Shown here one piece after another: positions 28,509-39,300 of a stretch of 64,000 nucleotides of DNA (within the stretch, counting starts at the first letter, position 1; every line of letters begins with the position of its first letter). Origin of the DNA: Candidatus Latescibacterota bacterium (GTDB lineage: Bacteria > Latescibacterota > UBA2968 > GCA-2709665); NCBI GenBank assembly GCA_965116875.1, contig OZ220733.1, forward strand, positions 2,144,001 to 2,208,000, in the 5' to 3' direction. A model generated the notes under the pieces. The model was not told where the DNA came from, ran no database searches, and was given only the letters and a program-made list of their open reading frames with translations. The position numbers were made by a program, and so were the translations under genes.

Positions 28509-31500
28509 ATGAGAATAAAGGGCATAGATTTCCCGAAGCAAGTACTGAACGCTTTGCGTGACGACAAGCTAGTCGTTTTCGCTGGTGCCGGAGTATCGAT
28601 GGGAGACCCGGCAAATCTTCCGAGCTTTAAGGATTTGGCAATCGCGATCGCTCACGGCACTGGTGAGACTTTGCGGGATCACGAGCCTGAAGACCAATTC
28701 CTGGGCAGGCTGGCACACAACGATACGCGTGTCCATGAACGCGCCAGTGAAGAACTTTCACGAGACTACCCCCAACCAACCGAACTACACCGCGATCTGC
28801 TGCGGTTGTACACCACAAGGGGTTCGCCCAGAATCGTCACCACCAATTTCGATCTATTATTTGAAACGGCAGCCAAGGGTGTTTTTAAATCGGAACCGGA
28901 ATCCTTCAAGGCTCCAGCACTGCCATTGGGTAGAGAGTGCAACGGGATCGTCAATGTCCACGGCACTCTCGACCGTCCAAATGGAATGGTACTCACTGAC
29001 AAAGACTTTGGCCGCGCGTATTTGACCGACGGATGGGCGTTGCGTTTTCTCGTCGAATTATTCCAGACATTTACGGTTCTATTCGTGGGTTACAGCCACA
29101 ACGATACGATCATGAACTATCTGGCGCGGGCATTGCCGGTAGAACAGGCCGAAAGTCGTTTTGCGCTCACGAGCGAGGACAACGACAGCCGATGGGAGTT
29201 CCTCGGCATCAAGCCAATCCGTTACACCCAATCGCCGTGCAAAGGCCATTGCGCACTTTACGCGGGCGTAAGCGGTCTCGCTGATTACGCCAGCCGGAGC
29301 ATTCTGGACTGGCAACGCGAGATAACGGATATCGCAGAGAAACCCCCGCCGCTCGACGAAGAAGAAATAGATCTCATTAAGGAGGCGCTGAGAGACGCGA
29401 CTAAGACGCGCTTCTTCACTGCTGCGGCGATTTCAGTTGAATGGGTCGATTGGCTCGACAAGCGCCATCATCTCGGCAACCTCTTTGGTACCAGCGATCT
29501 AAGTGAACGAGATGTGTTATTGGTAGAGTGGCTCGCCGAGAAATTCGTACGCAGGCATCCAGATGAGCTTTTTCTGTTGATCGGACGGCGGTATTTGCCG
29601 CCGCATCCGAAATTTTGGGAAGCACTTTGTCGATCTATCGCGTTACGGGACGATGAGGCGATTGATGCAGATACTTTGTCCCGCTGGGTTTCCCTTCTCC
29701 TTGCTACTGCTCCCGCAGGATTGGAAACAAAGCATCCGTTGTTTTGGTTGGGAGAATGTTGCGCACAAAACGATCTTTTGATTCGCACCGTCGATGTTTT
29801 CGATGCGATGGCGGCAAGTCGCATGGTTGTAAAACGAGCTCCTTCGTGGCCCGATACAGACGAGGAAGAATTGAGTCCCCGTATTGATATGGAAGTTGGG
29901 TCTGCGAGCGATCACTCCACGATGAACAAACTATGGACTGACCATTTGAAACCAAATCTCGATCGTGTAGCTGAGCCGTTGCTTAAATCCGTTGTTCGGC
30001 ACTTGGAGGTACAACACCTGACATTCGAGGCATGGCAGAAGGCGACACGCGATTGGAGTCCGACAAGTTTTCACCGAAGCGCCATTGAACCCCACGAACA
30101 GGACGAATACTCTCGGGCTGTCGATGTCTTGATCGATTCTGCACGCGACAGCCTGGAATGGCTTGCATCTAATCAGCCGGAGAAGGCAGGGCAATGGTGT
30201 GATAGACTCGCAAGTGAGGAGTCACCGCTTCTTCGCAGACTGGCGGTGCACACGTTGTCAATCCGCAATGATCTGAATTCCAACGAAAAAATCGGATGGT
30301 TATTAGATTGCATGGATCTTTACGATCACACCGCGCATCATGAGCTTTTTGTCTTCTTGCAAAAAACTTACCCGCAAGCCGGCCAACGCCATCGAACGGC
30401 TGTCATAAATGCCGTTCAGGCCTATCGCTCGCCGGAAAAGAAAGATAAGGACACGGAAACCATAACTGCCTACCGTCACTTCACATGGCTCGATTGGCTC
30501 CAAAAGTCGGCACCCGATTGCTCGTTGGCCAGAAAAGCTCTAAGCAATGTGCTGAGTCGCTATCCAGAATTCCAGCCGAGCGAACGCCCTGATCTAACTC
30601 ACTGGATTAGTTCCGCCACCGGTGGCCATCAGAGCCCATGGACCGTGGACGAGCTTCTTTCGAAACCTGCTGACGAGTGGGCCGGAAAACTATCGTCATT
30701 CCAGGATTCAGGAATTCATGAACCAGACCGTCTTGGGCTTAACTTAGCGGTCTCAGAAGCAGCTAAGACGGATTTCGAATGGGGACTCGATTTGGCGGAT
30801 GCGTTGGCAGCGCAAGGCGCTTGGGAAACTGAATTGTGGAATTCATTGATCCGGGTGTGGTCGGAGTATAAACTCGACGATAATACGGCTTGTAATGTAC
30901 TAAAGCGATTGGAAAGGAACGAACTACACGCAAAATACGCACCTCCAATTGCCGATTTTCTTTTTTCTTTTATTAGAAATCGCGACACCCAGCTTGTATG
31001 CAAGATTCTGCCAAAAGCGAACGAGATAGCCACGAGCCTACGACGTCATCTCGAACCTGGGCCTGTGGCGTTTCATTTTGATCATTGGCTGACACGCGCA
31101 AGAAATCATACTGCCGGGATTCTCGCATATTTCTGGCTACATAGCCTTGACAATTGGCGGAGTCAGCAAGAACCCAAGCCAAAAGTCCTGAACGACGTAT
31201 ATCTCAAGGCTTTTTCGAGCATCGTAAAAGATGAAACGGTCCTTGGAAGATTGGGGCGTTCGGTTCTTGCTCGTTATTTTTCCTTTTTGCTTGCTTCCGA
31301 CGAAGAATGGACAAAATCGAACCTACTTCCCTTGTTTAGCAATTACGCCGAAACGGAAGACTATATGGCGGTTTGGGATGGGTTCCTCTATGGAAATCTC
31401 AGTTCCAGTTCTGCTGAACTCGTGAAAGACCCTGTACGTGAGGCCGTTTCCCGAATCGTGAATGATCCATTGAGTGAGCGTCAGCAACCCTTCATACGCC

Positions 31501-32039
31501 GATATGTGACCCTGCTAACGTACTTTGTTAACGATCTTCATGGAGACTGGATTCCAAGGTTTTTTGCTCACGCTGACGAATGTGCACGGCGCGCCTTCGC
31601 AGGGCATATTGGTGACCGTCTCAGCGATATGAGCGATGTTCAGCAGCGGGAATGGTGGGATCGCTGGCTCAAGCAATATTGGGCCAACCGGGTGAAAGGT
31701 ATTCCAAGGGGCCTCGACAGCGTTGAAGTCGAATCCATGCTTCGCTGGCTGCCCAATCTGGAGCCGGTCTTTGGCGACGCGGTTGATTTGGCAGTCCAGT
31801 TGCCAACGAAGAATGCGAAACATGATGGTGAAGTGTTACATCGGATAATTGAAAGCGACCTGTGCGAGAATCAACCACAATCCGTGGCCGAATTCCTGAT
31901 TTATCTCGGAAAGACGGGTACAGAAAACTTCGCGAGATCTGAGGAAAAACGACTCATCGACATCCTCAGTCGAGCGAAGCTTCCCGATGAACTAACGCGA
32001 GGACTTAAGGAACTTGCTGCAATGCGGGGTTATGCATAG
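28509..32039 (+). CDS. SIR2_2 plus DUF4020 defence-associated sirtuin (Dsr1-like NADase)
   Basis: N-terminal VFAGAGVS, TTNFD, VHG and FVGYSHND sirtuin motifs. Long helical body. C-terminal WDRWLKQYWANRVKGIP resembles DUF4020. Confidence 0.8.
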   Translation: MRIKGIDFPKQVLNALRDDKLVVFAGAGVSMGDPANLPSFKDLAIAIAHGTGETLRDHEPEDQFLGRLAHNDTRVHERASEELSRDYPQPTELHRDLLRLYTTRGSPRIVTTNFDLLFETAAKGVFKSEPESFKAPALPLGRECNGIVNVHGTLDRPNGMVLTDKDFGRAYLTDGWALRFLVELFQTFTVLFVGYSHNDTIMNYLARALPVEQAESRFALTSEDNDSRWEFLGIKPIRYTQSPCKGHCALYAGVSGLADYASRSILDWQREITDIAEKPPPLDEEEIDLIKEALRDATKTRFFTAAAISVEWVDWLDKRHHLGNLFGTSDLSERDVLLVEWLAEKFVRRHPDELFLLIGRRYLPPHPKFWEALCRSIALRDDEAIDADTLSRWVSLLLATAPAGLETKHPLFWLGECCAQNDLLIRTVDVFDAMAASRMVVKRAPSWPDTDEEELSPRIDMEVGSASDHSTMNKLWTDHLKPNLDRVAEPLLKSVVRHLEVQHLTFEAWQKATRDWSPTSFHRSAIEPHEQDEYSRAVDVLIDSARDSLEWLASNQPEKAGQWCDRLASEESPLLRRLAVHTLSIRNDLNSNEKIGWLLDCMDLYDHTAHHELFVFLQKTYPQAGQRHRTAVINAVQAYRSPEKKDKDTETITAYRHFTWLDWLQKSAPDCSLARKALSNVLSRYPEFQPSERPDLTHWISSATGGHQSPWTVDELLSKPADEWAGKLSSFQDSGIHEPDRLGLNLAVSEAAKTDFEWGLDLADALAAQGAWETELWNSLIRVWSEYKLDDNTACNVLKRLERNELHAKYAPPIADFLFSFIRNRDTQLVCKILPKANEIATSLRRHLEPGPVAFHFDHWLTRARNHTAGILAYFWLHSLDNWRSQQEPKPKVLNDVYLKAFSSIVKDETVLGRLGRSVLARYFSFLLASDEEWTKSNLLPLFSNYAETEDYMAVWDGFLYGNLSSSSAELVKDPVREAVSRIVNDPLSERQQPFIRRYVTLLTYFVNDLHGDWIPRFFAHADECARRAFAGHIGDRLSDMSDVQQREWWDRWLKQYWANRVKGIPRGLDSVEVESMLRWLPNLEPVFGDAVDLAVQLPTKNAKHDGEVLHRIIESDLCENQPQSVAEFLIYLGKTGTENFARSEEKRLIDILSRAKLPDELTRGLKELAAMRGYA

Positions 32040-32145
32040 TTCCGTGAGAGAAACAACCGAAATTGTCGGCACCAACGAGCTATGTCTGTCGGTTCGATAT
32101 ATTTAAACTCGGGGCATCCGTACACGACAAAAAGAGACCAACGTA

Positions 32146-35100
32146 ATGAAAAAATTCACAACTGAGATTGAGGAGTACTTTTCCGACCTTCGACGAATAC
32201 GTGCGTCCGGCGGAGGAACCGGCGAACGGTCCAGCTACGGGCCGCTGGCCAATTTGCTGAACGCCGTCGGAAAATCGCTCAAACCGAAGGTATTCTGCGT
32301 TGGCGAGTTGGCCGACCAGGGCGCCGGGCATCCGGATTTCGGGCTTTACACGGCAAAGCAGGTACAGAAGGGGCGTCCGCGCCAGGGACAGACGCCGGAA
32401 CGCGGAGTCGTTGAAGTAAAATCCCCTGCAGAAAATATGGGCGCGTCTGTGGTTCAAGACCAGGTCGTCCGCTATCTGAACAGATATGGCCTCGTGCTGT
32501 CGACCAATTTTCGAAAATTCGAACTCGTTGGCGTCGACGCGACGGGCAGCGAGGTGGTTCTGGAGTCGTTCATTCTCGCGGGTACCGAGCAGGAGTTCTG
32601 GCGCAAATTGGACAAGCCACGCGCCTTTGCAAACGAGGTGGGCGCAGGGCTGTGCGAATACCTGACCCGCGCGCTATCCCACCAGGCGGCTATCACCGAA
32701 CCGAAGGACCTTGCATGGTTGCTCGCGTCGTACGCCCGCGATGCTTTGGCGAGAGTGGAGGCGGCCGACGATCCAAAATCGCTTGAGGCGATCCGTTCGG
32801 CGCTGGAAGAGTCGCTCGGAGTCCACTTCAAGGAAGAGCGAGGCGCGCGTTTTTTCCACTCCACGCTCGTGCAGACTCTCTTTTACGGCGTTTTCTCCGC
32901 ATGGGTGATATGGGCACGACAAAAGCCGGCGGCCGGCAGTACGTTCAATTGGCATGAAGCCGTTTGGCATTTGCGCACGCCAATAATGCAGGCTCTATTT
33001 CAGCAGATATCCCAACCAGGCCGGCTACAGCCGTTAGGCCTGGTAGAGGTGCTGGACTGGTCTTCCGCAGCGCTTGCCCGGGTGGACCGGGACGCCTTCT
33101 TCGCCCGCTTCAACGAAGGTGAGGCCGTCACTTATTTCTACGAGCCGTTCCTGCAAGCGTTTGACCCCGAACTGCGAAAGGAATTGGGCGTATGGTACAC
33201 GCCATCAGAGGTGGTCCGCTATATGGTCGCCCGCGTCGACAAAGCGCTCAAGGACGACCTCGGAATCGTTGACGGGCTTGCTGCGCAGAATGTCTACGTG
33301 CTGGACCCATGTTGCGGCACCGGCGCCTTTCTCGCCGAAGTCCTGCGCCGCATCGCCGCAAATCTGGCAGGCCGCGGGCTCGGCGCGCTGACAGGCGCAG
33401 AGGTCAAGAAGGCTGCAATGGATCGAGTGTTCGGGTTCGAGATCATGCCTGCTCCCTTCGTCGTTGCGCACCTTCAGATCGACCTCGCTTTGCGAGAACT
33501 TGGCGTAGCCCTTTCCGACGACGGATCCGAGCGCGCGGGGATTTTTCTCACGAACGCCCTGACCGACTGGGAGAGCACAGGCGAGGGATCGCAGACAGTT
33601 GCATTTCCTGAACTGCAAGAGGAACGGGATCGGGCAGGTCGAGTAAAGCAGGACACTCCGATTCTCGTGATCCTGGGCAATCCGCCGTACAACGGCTTTG
33701 CACGGATGGCAGTGGACGAGGAACGCGAACTATCCTTGGCATACCGAGACACGAAGCGAGTGCGCCGACCCGAAGGCTCGGGATTGAACGATCCTTACGT
33801 GCGGTTCTTCCGGATGGCGGAGCGGCGAATCGCGAAAACCGGCTTGGGCGTCGTCTGCCTAATCTCCAACTATTCTTGGCTGAACCGCTCATCTTTTACG
33901 GGGATGCGAGAACGCTACCTGGAGACATTCGATGCGATCCGCATCGACTGCTTGAATGGTGACAAATACGAAACAGGGAAAATCGCTCCAGATGGCTCGC
34001 CTGACCCAAGCATATTTTCTACTGTCGGCGATCCCGTGGGCATTCAGGTGGGAACAGCTATTGCAACGCTCGTGCGTAATTCGGTACACACCTCCGCCGA
34101 TTCGATTGGATTTCGCCATCTATGGGGCAAGACCAAACCCAAGGAACTTATTGACACTGCCGAGGCAAATCCAGAAACGCTTTACGACCAGATCGAGCCG
34201 GTTTTAGGCCTAGGATTGCCCTTCTATCCTGCGGCCGTAAGTGAGGAATGGTTTGACTGGCCGGCGCTAACCGATCTGTTCCAAGTATCTTTTTCGTCGA
34301 TCAAAACTAACCGGGATACGTTTCTCATTGATATTGATCGCGCTCGCTTGGATGCACGAATTGATGAGTATTTCGATCCCAATTATTCCCACAACGAAAT
34401 AGCACATCGCTATCCAGCAGCAATGCGCACGACTGCGAAGTTTAATGCACGTAAAGTACGCGATGCATTGATTCGTCGTGAAGGACCGGATCCAGATGGT
34501 TTCATCAGATTCGTATACCGGCCTTTTGACATTCGTTGGCTTTACTGGGAGGTAGAATCTGGCCTTCTCGATACGCCCTGCGCCGATTATAAACCTCACG
34601 TCTTTGAAGGGAATCTCTGGCTCGAAGCACGAAAACGAGAAACCAGAGAAGAATTCTGCCGCGGTACAGTCGTTAGACATCTTGCAGACAATTTTGGCAA
34701 TGGGATGTCATACTTTTTTCCCGCATATCTACGATATGTAGGTGAGCAATCGGATGCACCACAGCACAGGCACAACTTGACCATTGAAGCCGGAAGCTAC
34801 CTCGGCAATGTCGATGCAGATGTAGTGGGCCTCTTTTACCATGTCATTTCCACTCTCCACGATCCTGATTACCGCGATGCCAACGCGGGTGCGCTGAAAA
34901 TGGGGTGGCCACGCATCCCTTTGCCTGGATGGCCAATCGGCAAGGCTGAAGGCGCAGCGCGGCAGTTTGGTGATTCGGTTGCTCGTGGGCGTGAGCTGAC
35001 GCGGCTACTCGACCCCGACACACCTGTCCCGGCCGTGACCTATGGCGCACTTCGACCGGAGATCGCCGCGATTGCGGTGCCATCAACGGTTAACGGCCTA

Positions 35101-35478
35101 AACCTGTCCGGTGATGATTTCGTACTTGCCGCAGGATGGGGGCACCTTGGCTCTGGTGAGGCGGTGATGCCCGGGCAGGGCCGAGTTGAACAACGAAAGT
35201 ACACCGCGAATGAAATTCAGGCGCTTGGCGCCGCGAAATCGGTACTCGGCGATAGCACTTTTGACATATACCTGAATGACAATGCCTTCTGGCGCAACGT
35301 CCCCGCCGCCATCTGGAACTACAAACTCGGCGGCTATCAGGTGCTCAAGAAATGGCTGTCTTACCGGGAAAAGAAGGTACTCGGCCGAGCACTCAAGCCC
35401 GAGGAAGTGGGCTACTTTGCGGAGGTGGCGAGAAGGATTGCGGGGATATTGATGCTGACACATCGAAGCGAGAAATAA
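32146..35478 (+). CDS. Single-chain restriction-modification enzyme (type IIG/IIL-like: nuclease, N6-adenine MTase and type ISP-like TRD, no helicase)
   Basis: HPDFG...EVK nuclease motif, LDPCCGTG (motif I), GNPPY (motif IV), and C-terminal YRPFD and GGYQVLKKWL motifs. Confidence 0.88.
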   Translation: MKKFTTEIEEYFSDLRRIRASGGGTGERSSYGPLANLLNAVGKSLKPKVFCVGELADQGAGHPDFGLYTAKQVQKGRPRQGQTPERGVVEVKSPAENMGASVVQDQVVRYLNRYGLVLSTNFRKFELVGVDATGSEVVLESFILAGTEQEFWRKLDKPRAFANEVGAGLCEYLTRALSHQAAITEPKDLAWLLASYARDALARVEAADDPKSLEAIRSALEESLGVHFKEERGARFFHSTLVQTLFYGVFSAWVIWARQKPAAGSTFNWHEAVWHLRTPIMQALFQQISQPGRLQPLGLVEVLDWSSAALARVDRDAFFARFNEGEAVTYFYEPFLQAFDPELRKELGVWYTPSEVVRYMVARVDKALKDDLGIVDGLAAQNVYVLDPCCGTGAFLAEVLRRIAANLAGRGLGALTGAEVKKAAMDRVFGFEIMPAPFVVAHLQIDLALRELGVALSDDGSERAGIFLTNALTDWESTGEGSQTVAFPELQEERDRAGRVKQDTPILVILGNPPYNGFARMAVDEERELSLAYRDTKRVRRPEGSGLNDPYVRFFRMAERRIAKTGLGVVCLISNYSWLNRSSFTGMRERYLETFDAIRIDCLNGDKYETGKIAPDGSPDPSIFSTVGDPVGIQVGTAIATLVRNSVHTSADSIGFRHLWGKTKPKELIDTAEANPETLYDQIEPVLGLGLPFYPAAVSEEWFDWPALTDLFQVSFSSIKTNRDTFLIDIDRARLDARIDEYFDPNYSHNEIAHRYPAAMRTTAKFNARKVRDALIRREGPDPDGFIRFVYRPFDIRWLYWEVESGLLDTPCADYKPHVFEGNLWLEARKRETREEFCRGTVVRHLADNFGNGMSYFFPAYLRYVGEQSDAPQHRHNLTIEAGSYLGNVDADVVGLFYHVISTLHDPDYRDANAGALKMGWPRIPLPGWPIGKAEGAARQFGDSVARGRELTRLLDPDTPVPAVTYGALRPEIAAIAVPSTVNGLNLSGDDFVLAAGWGHLGSGEAVMPGQGRVEQRKYTANEIQALGAAKSVLGDSTFDIYLNDNAFWRNVPAAIWNYKLGGYQVLKKWLSYREKKVLGRALKPEEVGYFAEVARRIAGILMLTHRSEK

Positions 35479-35480
35479 TC

Positions 35481-36410
35481 ATGATGTACGGGGAAAAATT
35501 CAATAGTCCGAAGGAAGTTCAAGCCTTTCTAAACTCCGATGGGTTTGCAGACGGATTCAAGCGGTGGCTGGTTACTTCAGGCATCCTTAGAGAAATGAGC
35601 CGCGAAATTGAGCCCCCATTACGAGCGTGGCGTAATCTTGTGGAAATCCATGCGTCGAAAATATCAACCGCAATTTCCGAGTTGCGAAAATGGGATCTTA
35701 GTTGCGAGATTCTTGGAAGGGTCGGCTGGTTGCCACACTACACGATCCCATTCGAACAGATCGCGGAATTTGGCGATGACGTTGAATTGATCCGAAGCGA
35801 ACTCCTGGACTACTACACGAGCAACTGGCAGAATGTGCGTGCCGAAATAGAAGCCCGATTGTCAGATTACATGGTAGACGGAGAAGCGAAAGCGACCCTT
35901 CGCGAGGCACTCGATGCTCATGAGGCTGGATTTTATCGGTGCGTATGCCGTGTATTATTTCCAGAAATCGAACGGGTGTTTCGCAAAGGACTATTTGGGA
36001 ACAAGATCGGACCTATCCCATACTCGGAATTTATCGAGAAGCTGACGGATGACGACAAGTCCATTGATGCATTTATTCATCGAGGCCTTTACGATCTTAC
36101 CATATTCGCACATTTGACAGAAGCCGTCCGAGAAGAGCAACGAATTGCGGAGGGACAAAAACCGACGGCGAGTGACGACACAATCTTCGGACTGTTTACC
36201 GGCGTCAGGCGTGAAGAGCACGTTGAAAGACTAAAGAGAAACGCGATTCCGAATCGCCATGCGGCTATACACGGGTTGGTCGCTTATTCTACACAACAGA
36301 ACAGCTTAAATACGATTTTCGTGGCCGATTACATCTTCGAGGTGGTTGGGTCATTCAAATTGCGTCGGCCCTGTCGAAATGTGGATCCTAGGCCCTTCGC
36401 ATCGACCTAA
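35481..36410 (+). CDS. Hypothetical protein with HEPN-like RxxxxH motif
   Basis: ATG lies 2 nt after the R-M stop. GFYRCVCRVLFPEIERVFR helix and NRHAAIHG motif. Confidence 0.6.
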   Translation: MMYGEKFNSPKEVQAFLNSDGFADGFKRWLVTSGILREMSREIEPPLRAWRNLVEIHASKISTAISELRKWDLSCEILGRVGWLPHYTIPFEQIAEFGDDVELIRSELLDYYTSNWQNVRAEIEARLSDYMVDGEAKATLREALDAHEAGFYRCVCRVLFPEIERVFRKGLFGNKIGPIPYSEFIEKLTDDDKSIDAFIHRGLYDLTIFAHLTEAVREEQRIAEGQKPTASDDTIFGLFTGVRREEHVERLKRNAIPNRHAAIHGLVAYSTQQNSLNTIFVADYIFEVVGSFKLRRPCRNVDPRPFAST

Positions 36411-36657
36411 GGCCGATGCTTGCCATCCACGCATCACGTCCGACCTCATCGTCAAGCCAATTCGGTGTTGTCGCGTTATTGCGCATTCATCAAACCCGTG
36501 AAACGTGTTCAGAATCTGATTACTTGATTGTCCAATCCTATTTTTCCCAGCATCCCGGCGGAGATTTCGGTCCATTAGCTCGGCGTTTTTTGATCTTAGA
36601 GAAACGGCAGTCATAGCATGAGCTCGAAAAAGCCTCGGCGCATTCACTCGGAGACTT

Positions 36658-37527
36658 GTGCTACTTGGCCAAGATAGTGAGTCCAAATTGAACTACACAA
36701 GCCAGATAAATCGGATAACGAAGGAAATCGCAGATCTCCGAAAAACTGAGGCACGGGAGACAAAAAAGGAAGCCGAAATTCACGCGAGGATCAATCGCGC
36801 GAACCAAGCAGTATCCCGCACAAATAAACCCACGACACTACAGAATGAACTGAAGAAGATTGAGCGTTCAGCCGCGGAACTCGCGAACGTCCAGAAGAAA
36901 CGCGCCGAAATCTCAGGAAAGATCGCTACCAAGGGAAAGAGCTTGAGTTCATACCAGGAGCGCCAAGCCCGCGAAGATGAACGAGAACGGAAGAAGATTT
37001 CTGACGAGCAAAAAAGGCTGATTCGTGAGCGTGAGGAACACGAAAGGAAGATTACAAGTGAAATTCAAAGTCGAGGCGAAACGTGGCGTATCCGTCCTGA
37101 CGCCACCGAAACACAGCAGGTTGGCTACGACTTCTTTATCTCACATGCAAGCGAGGACAAGGATATCTTTGTTCGTGGATTGGCAGAAGCGCTTCAAGCC
37201 AGGGGAGCCACCGTATGGTACGACGAATCTACTCTGAAGGTGGGAGACAGCTTGCGGAGAGAGATCGATCGAGGCCTGGCGAATTCTCGCTTCGGTGTTG
37301 TCGTATTGTCGAAACACTTCTTCAGCAAGGAGTGGCCACAAAGAGAACTTGATGGCCTTTGGTCACTCGAAGTCGAAGGCGCCGCCCGAATCCTGCCAGT
37401 CTGGCACGAAATCTCAAAGGATGAAGTAGCACACTATAGTCCGATGTTGGCGGACACAATTGCCTTTAATACTTTCGTAATGGGCACCGATGAAATCGCG
37501 GATCGCCTATTTGCATTGATCGACTGA
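36658..37527 (+). CDS. TIR domain protein with N-terminal coiled coil (BtpA/AbTir-like architecture)
   Basis: YDFFISHASEDK, VWYDE, GDSL and WPQRELDGL (catalytic Glu). K/E-rich coiled-coil N-terminal half. Confidence 0.9.
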   Translation: MLLGQDSESKLNYTSQINRITKEIADLRKTEARETKKEAEIHARINRANQAVSRTNKPTTLQNELKKIERSAAELANVQKKRAEISGKIATKGKSLSSYQERQAREDERERKKISDEQKRLIREREEHERKITSEIQSRGETWRIRPDATETQQVGYDFFISHASEDKDIFVRGLAEALQARGATVWYDESTLKVGDSLRREIDRGLANSRFGVVVLSKHFFSKEWPQRELDGLWSLEVEGAARILPVWHEISKDEVAHYSPMLADTIAFNTFVMGTDEIADRLFALID

Positions 37528-37626
37528 CTGTCAAAAGCCTTTAGATTTTGGGTCGGTGGTGGTCAATGCGTGGGAACTGTTGATCTCGTCACGTCCGTGC
37601 CAATTGGGAAAATGGCAGGTGATGGT

Positions 37627-39300
37627 TCACACCTCAGAATTCTGACTCTCTGAGGCGATTTCCTGAACAACCGACTCCATATAAATCACAGTATCCAGGC
37701 ACGAAATCAGGATTTCTCCGGGCAACGTTTCGATCCGAGTATTCATGGATCTGTCCTTATAGGAATGGTGCGCGAAATGGTTCCGTGCTGCGTTAAATCG
37801 CAATATTGACCTAAAGATATGGTGCTGAATCTCGCTCCATCTGTCGTTCCCAGCAAGTCCTTCAATTCGTGCGAATATCTCATCGGGTTTTCCGAATAAT
37901 TCACTTTTATCCCAGTTCGATTTCTCTGAGACTTCGGACAAGATACTACGAGCCATTGAACTTGGGGATAGGTTTTCCAAAAACCCACCAAATACCAATC
38001 TCAGCGACCGAGGTTCTTCAGGTTTGACTGCTGTTCTGAAGAACGCTCTTATCAATATCTCGGTTCGGACTGCCAGCACAAGAAGACGATCAAGTATTCG
38101 AGGTTGCCTGAAAACCAATGGTTTCTTCGGGCTCGTAGGTACCTGTTTGTGATGTACGTCGCTGAATGCGCGGATCCATGGCCAGAAGCTATCGTATTCC
38201 ACTAATCTTCCATAGGCGCCTTTTACATCTGCAAGAATTCCCGCGTTAACCAGCGGCTTTGAATAGTCCGGAGCACGTTCGCAGAAACTCTCTTCTAATT
38301 CGAACTCCTCAAAAGAGATCACCTCTCTAAGTCGAACATAGCCCTGATTAGGTCGACCCCATTTCTCGAAATAGATCTCCGCCCGTTTTCCAGTCAGGGG
38401 ACAAAGCCATTCGAGGAGGAGAAACACATCATATCTGAGTTGTTCTATAGCGTGCTGGTAATACCTTCGCCCCGCTTGCTCTCTCGCTCTCCAGTGTCCG
38501 AACAGGATCAGAAGCTTTTCAAGGTCACGCTCCAACAACTCAGTGGAACCATTCGAAACTTTCAAAATGAACTCCGAGAGTTCCCTTCCACTTGTTGCAC
38601 AACAGTCACCCTGCCAAAGGGTCAGAATCGTCTTTGCCGTTCTATAAAATGATATTCGATCGAAAATACCGTCATATTCGACTTCCCACCTCTTACTCGT
38701 TTCACTGTAGTTCGAAATCACGGTCTCACGGCCGATTTTGGACGACAAGAACCGACCTATGTCTTCGTAGCCGTCAAGGGCCTCGACGAATATGTAAGCC
38801 TTCCAATATCGCAAGTATGCTTCAAATGGTCGAAAGGAGATTCCATTTGGATGCTCGAATTTTTCGAGATTTGGAGGTACTTTCTCCGAAAACCTTTCGA
38901 CAAAGTCGCTCTTTAGTACACTATCATAGGGATGCAGTGCACATTCAAGAGACCATTTTCGGTGATCGTCAATCAACCGGCATTGGCAATCAGACCACAC
39001 CAGTTCTTGCGGAATCTCGGAGCCATCCAAAAGAGGAAACCGCTTCCACATCAGGAAATAATCGCGAGGCAACCCAACGAATAAGTCCGGTCTTAGTGCG
39101 CCCTTGACGATCAGGTCTGCTATCTGGAGTCCACAAGGCATCCGCTGAATCCCCAGTCTATCTTTAAGGAAGTCACCAAACCTGCCGCGGCAAGTCTTCG
39201 CTGAAGGCCCTATCGAGTCTGGATCGTCCGCTTGAAATAGCCCCACATTTAGATATCGGCAGTACTTATCCAGTCCGTTGTAGTTTACGTATCTCCACAT
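37627..39300 (-). CDS. Hypothetical 557-aa protein with C-terminal HEPN-like motif
   Basis: Long AT-richer ORF with RNHFAH (Rx4H) near the C-terminus. Confidence 0.6.
   Translation of the reverse strand: MWRYVNYNGLDKYCRYLNVGLFQADDPDSIGPSAKTCRGRFGDFLKDRLGIQRMPCGLQIADLIVKGALRPDLFVGLPRDYFLMWKRFPLLDGSEIPQELVWSDCQCRLIDDHRKWSLECALHPYDSVLKSDFVERFSEKVPPNLEKFEHPNGISFRPFEAYLRYWKAYIFVEALDGYEDIGRFLSSKIGRETVISNYSETSKRWEVEYDGIFDRISFYRTAKTILTLWQGDCCATSGRELSEFILKVSNGSTELLERDLEKLLILFGHWRAREQAGRRYYQHAIEQLRYDVFLLLEWLCPLTGKRAEIYFEKWGRPNQGYVRLREVISFEEFELEESFCERAPDYSKPLVNAGILADVKGAYGRLVEYDSFWPWIRAFSDVHHKQVPTSPKKPLVFRQPRILDRLLVLAVRTEILIRAFFRTAVKPEEPRSLRLVFGGFLENLSPSSMARSILSEVSEKSNWDKSELFGKPDEIFARIEGLAGNDRWSEIQHHIFRSILRFNAARNHFAHHSYKDRSMNTRIETLPGEILISCLDTVIYMESVVQEIASESQNSEV

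Noticed and set aside
36658-37527. Thoeris system (TIR plus SIR2)
   Set aside because: The SIR2 protein lacks a SLOG/Macro ThsA layout, the TIR is of the coiled-coil TIR_2 type, and the two genes are not adjacent.
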